Shown here one piece after another: positions 22,501-28,500 of a stretch of DNA of 29,900 nucleotides; the first letter of the stretch is position 1; every line of letters begins with the position of its first letter. The stretch is from positions 1 to 29,900 of the IMG/VR virus record IMGVR_UViG_3300037427_003387. One strand, written 5' to 3'. Under the pieces are notes generated by a model that saw only the letters and a program-made list of their open reading frames with translations, was not told the DNA's origin and made no database searches. The translations under genes and the position numbers were made by a program. This DNA is from a virus. Its lineage: Duplodnaviria; Caudoviricetes.

Positions 22501-25500
22501 TCACCTGTTACCTTCTCACCTTCTGCCCAATCACCAGTGTAATCAACGATCTTAAGAATCTTAGGTCCAATCTGCCAACCAGTGTTAGTAGAAACCTTAC
22601 CTCTTGCAGTAGAAGTCTCAGTAGCAGATCCTTGGAATACTTCCTCTCCTTCAAGGAAACGAGAAGTTTCAATAACAGCAACTGCTTTACCACCAAATAC
22701 CTCAGTTAGAAGTGTCTGTCTACCAGATCCTTGAGTCAAGAATGTGATATAAGATCCACCTTGTGCAGAAGCTAAAGTAAGACCAAATCTCAATTGATCA
22801 TTCTCTAGACCAGCTGCCTCACCAGCAATAGCATAGTATGTTTGATTTGCAACCAAACTAGTTAAACCTGCGGTACTTGGTTTTGGTAATATACCTTCTG
22901 TCGATCCAATATCATCAGATCTAAATTGGACTTCTGCACCAGTGGTTATACCATGTGGGAAGTTAAACTGTAGATAGTTGAGGTCTAAGTTAACAACGTA
23001 GTTAAATTCTGATTTTAGAGTAACCGTTGGTTCGGATGAATATCCAGCACCACTGTTTTTAATGATGATCTCACTAAGACGGTTATTCTTGACAATTGCT
23101 TCTGCATCAGCACCTGTTCCACCACCACCTTCGATTACAACAGCAGGAGTAGAAGTATATCCAGAACCTGGGTTAGTTATCTTGATCTGACTTAGTATTG
23201 ATGTATTGAAGAGTTGTAGGTTAACAGGGAATGTAATCTCTGGTTTTAAGGTATAGTCATGAGAGTAACCGAAACCAAATTCATTATTTTTCAGTCTCTT
23301 AATCTTACCAATATTACTACCTGTTAAGAATACAGATGCACCACTACCTTCTGAAGGAATAACAACTGTTACAGATCCACCAGAACCTGCAAGTGTGTTA
23401 CCTAGGATTCCAGGAATGCCATCAATATCAATAGATGCAATAGTATATCCTTTACCTGGGTCAGCTACAGAAGCACCAGTTATAGTTCCTGATCCAACCT
23501 CTGCATCAAACTCAACAGTAATGGTTGCTTTACCACCTTCACCGTCTCCAGCAATTGGTACGTCATAGTATACACCGACAGCGTATTCAGTACCTCCATC
23601 ATTAACAACAACCTTCTCAACCTGTCTGAAGGATGCAATATCACTAATGATAGGTAACTTCTGATAGAAACCACCTGGAGATACTAGTTTAATAGTATTA
23701 ATAGGTCCAACTGCTCTTACAGAAGTAGTTGAATAGAATGAATATACATTATCAAATGGGTCAGTACCAACCTCAGCATTTTGTCTCTCAGGCTCTTTAA
23801 GTAATTGGAATCTAAACTCAGTATCACTTAGTACTTCAGCTACATTAAATGTACCTTGGAATGGAGTTGTAATAACATCAATGAATGAATTAGGTCCAAC
23901 TGGAGAAGTATCACCAGTTCTAGATGGGTCAAAGTAGTATGAGATATTAGTTACATCACCCAATACAGAGAATTTAACAAATGGATATGCACTACCACCA
24001 AGAGGAATACCTGGTGTGCCAGATCTTGTAATGTTGTTAAATGAGTATTCTAGTTTATACTGGTTGTCTTGAGAGAATGATAGGTAGTAACCTAAGTTAG
24101 ATGTATCAGATACATCAAAGACATATTGATGATTTCTAGTAAACTCTAAAGTTGGGTGCTTCGCATATATGTTTACATTAGCGATAGCATTAGCATTAAA
24201 TGCAGGGTCACTTACAGCAGTTGCTCTAATACCATATGTAAATTCTCTAGATCCAATTACCTGATCGATAAAGAATGATCCATTAAATTGATCTCCACTA
24301 TATCCTTCAGAGTATACAATTTCACCTTCAACAAATCTATGAGGTGAATTAGATGTGCAATATACTAAATTAGTCCTCTGATCAGCAGTCCTTATTATAT
24401 CCTTCTGAAGACGTGCAGTAACACGAATCTTCTTAACTGATGCAAATCCAGAGATTTCTACACTCTTCTGATCATCTGCTTCAGTTATGTTAACTCCAGA
24501 TATTGAAATAACATCTTCTGGAATGTATAGCGAACCAGGTTGGATCTCTACAATCTGAACCGTATAGTTGTTACCTAGGTCATATGGAAGAGTCCTAGCA
24601 TAAGAACTAATTGCTTGTGAGGTGGATTCATGTGTCCATGTAACACCACCATCTGATACAGCACCAGTAGTATGCACAGGAGCAGTTGTACCAGATACAC
24701 CAGCACCACCAGCACCCACAACATATACATTTAACTTATGCCATACTTTTTGGCCTACAACGTATAACTGACCAGAATCCCACCCAGGCATATCACTATC
24801 AAGATACTGTGGCATTGGATATGGATGCTCAGTTAGATCAACAGTAAATTTACCTGCATCATCTATATGAATCCAGTTGATAAGACCATCACTCTGGACA
24901 CCACTTGTATGAGTTGGTGGAATTGTACCAGTAGTACCTGTGCCTTGTGCTTGATATATCTTCTTGTCATAATACGTCTGGTCACCCTGTGTAACTGATG
25001 CACCTGCTTGCCAAGGATTTTCAGGCTCTTCAACATTAAAGTATGTACCAGCAATCTGGTTTACATCTCCAACATCAGTCTTATAAAGATCAGTATCATT
25101 AAAGTTACCATATATCTTACCAACCTTATACTTGTTACCTAATCCAGGATTATACAATGAGTCAGCATTAGGGATATCTACGATAGTACCATATGCACTA
25201 ACAACTTGACCTGATAAAGTATTAGTATACTGTTGAAGTATAGACCCTTTGGTTAACGTAACATCTTGATTAAAAGTAAACTCAAGGACATTATCAATCT
25301 TAGAATATAATGCATCACGCATATAGAACTTACTAATCACATCAGCAGTAATCTTAAGTTTCTTACCTAATGGTGATGGTATTGTAGATGTCTTAGTTGC
25401 ATACTCAGTTGAGGCATTAGTAAATGTATATGTACCAGGATTCTGTGTTGCAATAACCTGAGACATATCCAATATCTGTAAACCACCTGCACCAACAATC

Positions 25501-28500
25501 CAGTTGGTCAAACTAGCAACAGATAAAACAGTCCAAGTAGTAGTAACCTCAATATCAGAGAATGTGATATTGTTGTATTTTGTTAGACCAGTAAGAGCAT
25601 ATGCATCTCTCTTATCATGTAATCTATCAAACTTAATAAGAGCAGAATCTGAGATAGATGTAGTAATAGGAATCTCAGCAGTTGGGACAACGTATGTTCC
25701 GTTATATGGAGCAATATCATCAATTAAAAGATCATCAATCCAACCAATGAATGAAGTTGATGCAACAGGTCCAGAATACTTACCTGCAAGAGTTACATCA
25801 GCAACACTCATATCAGATGTAGACTGGAAGTTACATACAAGGTTACCATTGAAGTATACCTCATACTGATACAATCCTAGAGATTCTTCTCTCTTCTGGA
25901 ATGTAACGTGTACCCAAGAAGCACTAGCAAATAATGTCCAGTTAACGGCAATAGCAGATGATGCAACCTTTACTGAGTTAACATAGATACAAACCTTTTC
26001 ATAGTCACCACTAGTAGTGTCTCCATCCAATTCTACTTGAATAGAATCACCAGCAACTGGAGTTATATCAAATAATAGTGGTTTATTGTTACCTGCATGA
26101 TGAGCAGTTGCCATTGACATCCATGCTCTGAAACTCCACTCCTTAGAAGTTAAATTATAACCAGGGAATTTAACAGGGCATGCTCCACTCAACTTAAGTG
26201 ATCCAAGACCAAACTTCTGAATTGCAGTATCTACACTACTATTTGATGGAGTATGGAATGTTGGAGTTACTAATTCTTGCTTTGTAGTATCTTCATCAAT
26301 GTCAGCATCGTTATTGAAACGATATGATGCCAACTGATCTGCTTGTCTACGATCTATAGAAATAATACAATCGCCAGAACTGTCTATTGTATGTCCCTTA
26401 GCTTGGAAACCAATATTATCAATATCATCGACTTTAGTTTCCTTAATTACATTACCGTCATACTTGAGGTAATGTATTACAGAGTATCTTTGATTCTCTG
26501 ATTCTTGGACATCACTTACAATAGTATAGTTACCAAAGTTATCTACACTAACACCTGCATGATTGATACCATCAACGTTACCACTTATGCTAAGAGTCTT
26601 ACTCCATTCCCAAGTACTATTTGCATCAGATAGTGCAAACTTATTAACCTGTATTTTCTCGAATTTCTGAGTAGCACCATTATATACATCCCAAATTAGG
26701 ATTACATCATCATATTCGTCAATAATGAATTCTGGATTTCTTACATATCCATTAGCAGTTGGTGATTGTCTAATATACTCAATTTCTAAGTTTGCACCGT
26801 CATACCAGAATATACCGACAATACAGTCATCATTCTGATCGTTAACACCAACAAAGAAGAATCTATCATCAGATATCCATTTAATCTGATTGATCATCTC
26901 CGAATCATTAGCGGAAGCTATCTTTCTCTTCTCTACAAGGTCACCATCTAAGTCACACTGAATGACCCACATATCATTAGGATCAATAGAGTTACTATCT
27001 GTATAACCTGCAAGATATATTCTCTTCTCTTGGTCAAGTGCTATACTTGTTATCCAGTCTCTTCTTGAAAGACCTGAGATACCTGCAATTGCTTTCTGCC
27101 ATCTAAGAATACCATCTGGAGCATTAGCATTATTAAATCCAGAATCATATACACCTAACCATATATCTGGATTATACTGTGAGTTATTAGGATCATATGT
27201 TTGACCACAAATATAGATAACATCATTCTCTAGAGATTCATCAATATGCATTTTGATGAATTCTGACTTCTTAGTACCAGAGTTTTGAGGTAATAAGTTT
27301 CTCTCCCAAACCTTCTGGCCTAAATCGTCAAACTTAGCAAGAAATGCTGCTTGATCACCATCTGGCTCAAGGATACTACCACAGATATAAGTGTAACGAT
27401 CAGCAGTAGTCCATTGGTCATGAATAGTAGTAGATCCAGTAGCTTCTTTATATTCGGTTATCCAATAGCGAGTCTTCTTATACTGCTGTGGATGTGACAC
27501 CCTAATTTGAGGAGGATTGTTAGCATCATATGCATTACCAGAGTTAATGATATTAACCTTATTAATCTGACCAGTACCTTCTAGGACTAGAGCTAACTCA
27601 GCATCCTTACCAGAGGCAGTTATCAATTCAAACGTAGGTGGAATATCGTTATTATATCCAGTACCAGCCTGGACTACGTTAATCCTCTCAACACCAGCAA
27701 CAACCTTAACTCTATAGGTCTTATTAGTGTTATCGATAACAGGACGTGAGTTTACAATAATTTCGTCTTGTTGACGTAATTCATGTCCAGTCTCAGTTAC
27801 GATTTTACCGTATGGACGGTCACCGATTACCTCTTTCTGATAACCAGTAATCTTTTGACCCTTAACAGAATCAATAATAGCAGATGCACCGAATCCACCA
27901 GTATTTTCATTATCGAAGAATACGGTGTCATTTACCTGATAAGAAACACCTGGGTTTTCAATAACGAATCCATCAATCTTAGCATTTTCAAATTGAGTAG
28001 TTGTCTCAACTTCAATGTCAACCCTAGACTCTTCTGATACTCTTGGGAAATAATCATAGATTTGTAGAGTTGCCTCTTCAGACATCTGTAGTAATTCTTG
28101 CTGCTCATTAGCATCAATCAGACCATCATTGTTAGAGTCTTGTATTTCAAAGATAATAGGATATCCTTCTTTCTCAGTCGTAAGGACATCTGCCTCTTGG
28201 TTTGGTTGACGATCAACATCAATATCAACGTCAGTGTATGGATCTCTATAACGAACAACACCATCAGGAATATTTTCTTGTGTTGCTGCCTGATCGAAGT
28301 TCCATCCATCTGGAAGTGAGTTGAATTGTGGTCCCATGATATATGGGAATTCAGCAAGACCTGCATCACTAGCATCAATGGTTATAAAGTAAGCATAGAC
28401 TCCTTCAGGGAAATCAGGTGTCTTACAGAAACGACCATTATAGTTGTCTAGATCACCAGACTGGAAATCATAATAGTAGTCATCAATGAATGTACCAGCA

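Noticed and set aside
328-28378. Short plus-strand and alternate-frame minus-strand ORFs in the track (60-161 aa)
   Set aside because: They lie within or across long genes and show no recognisable motifs. They are the shadows expected from biased codon usage.
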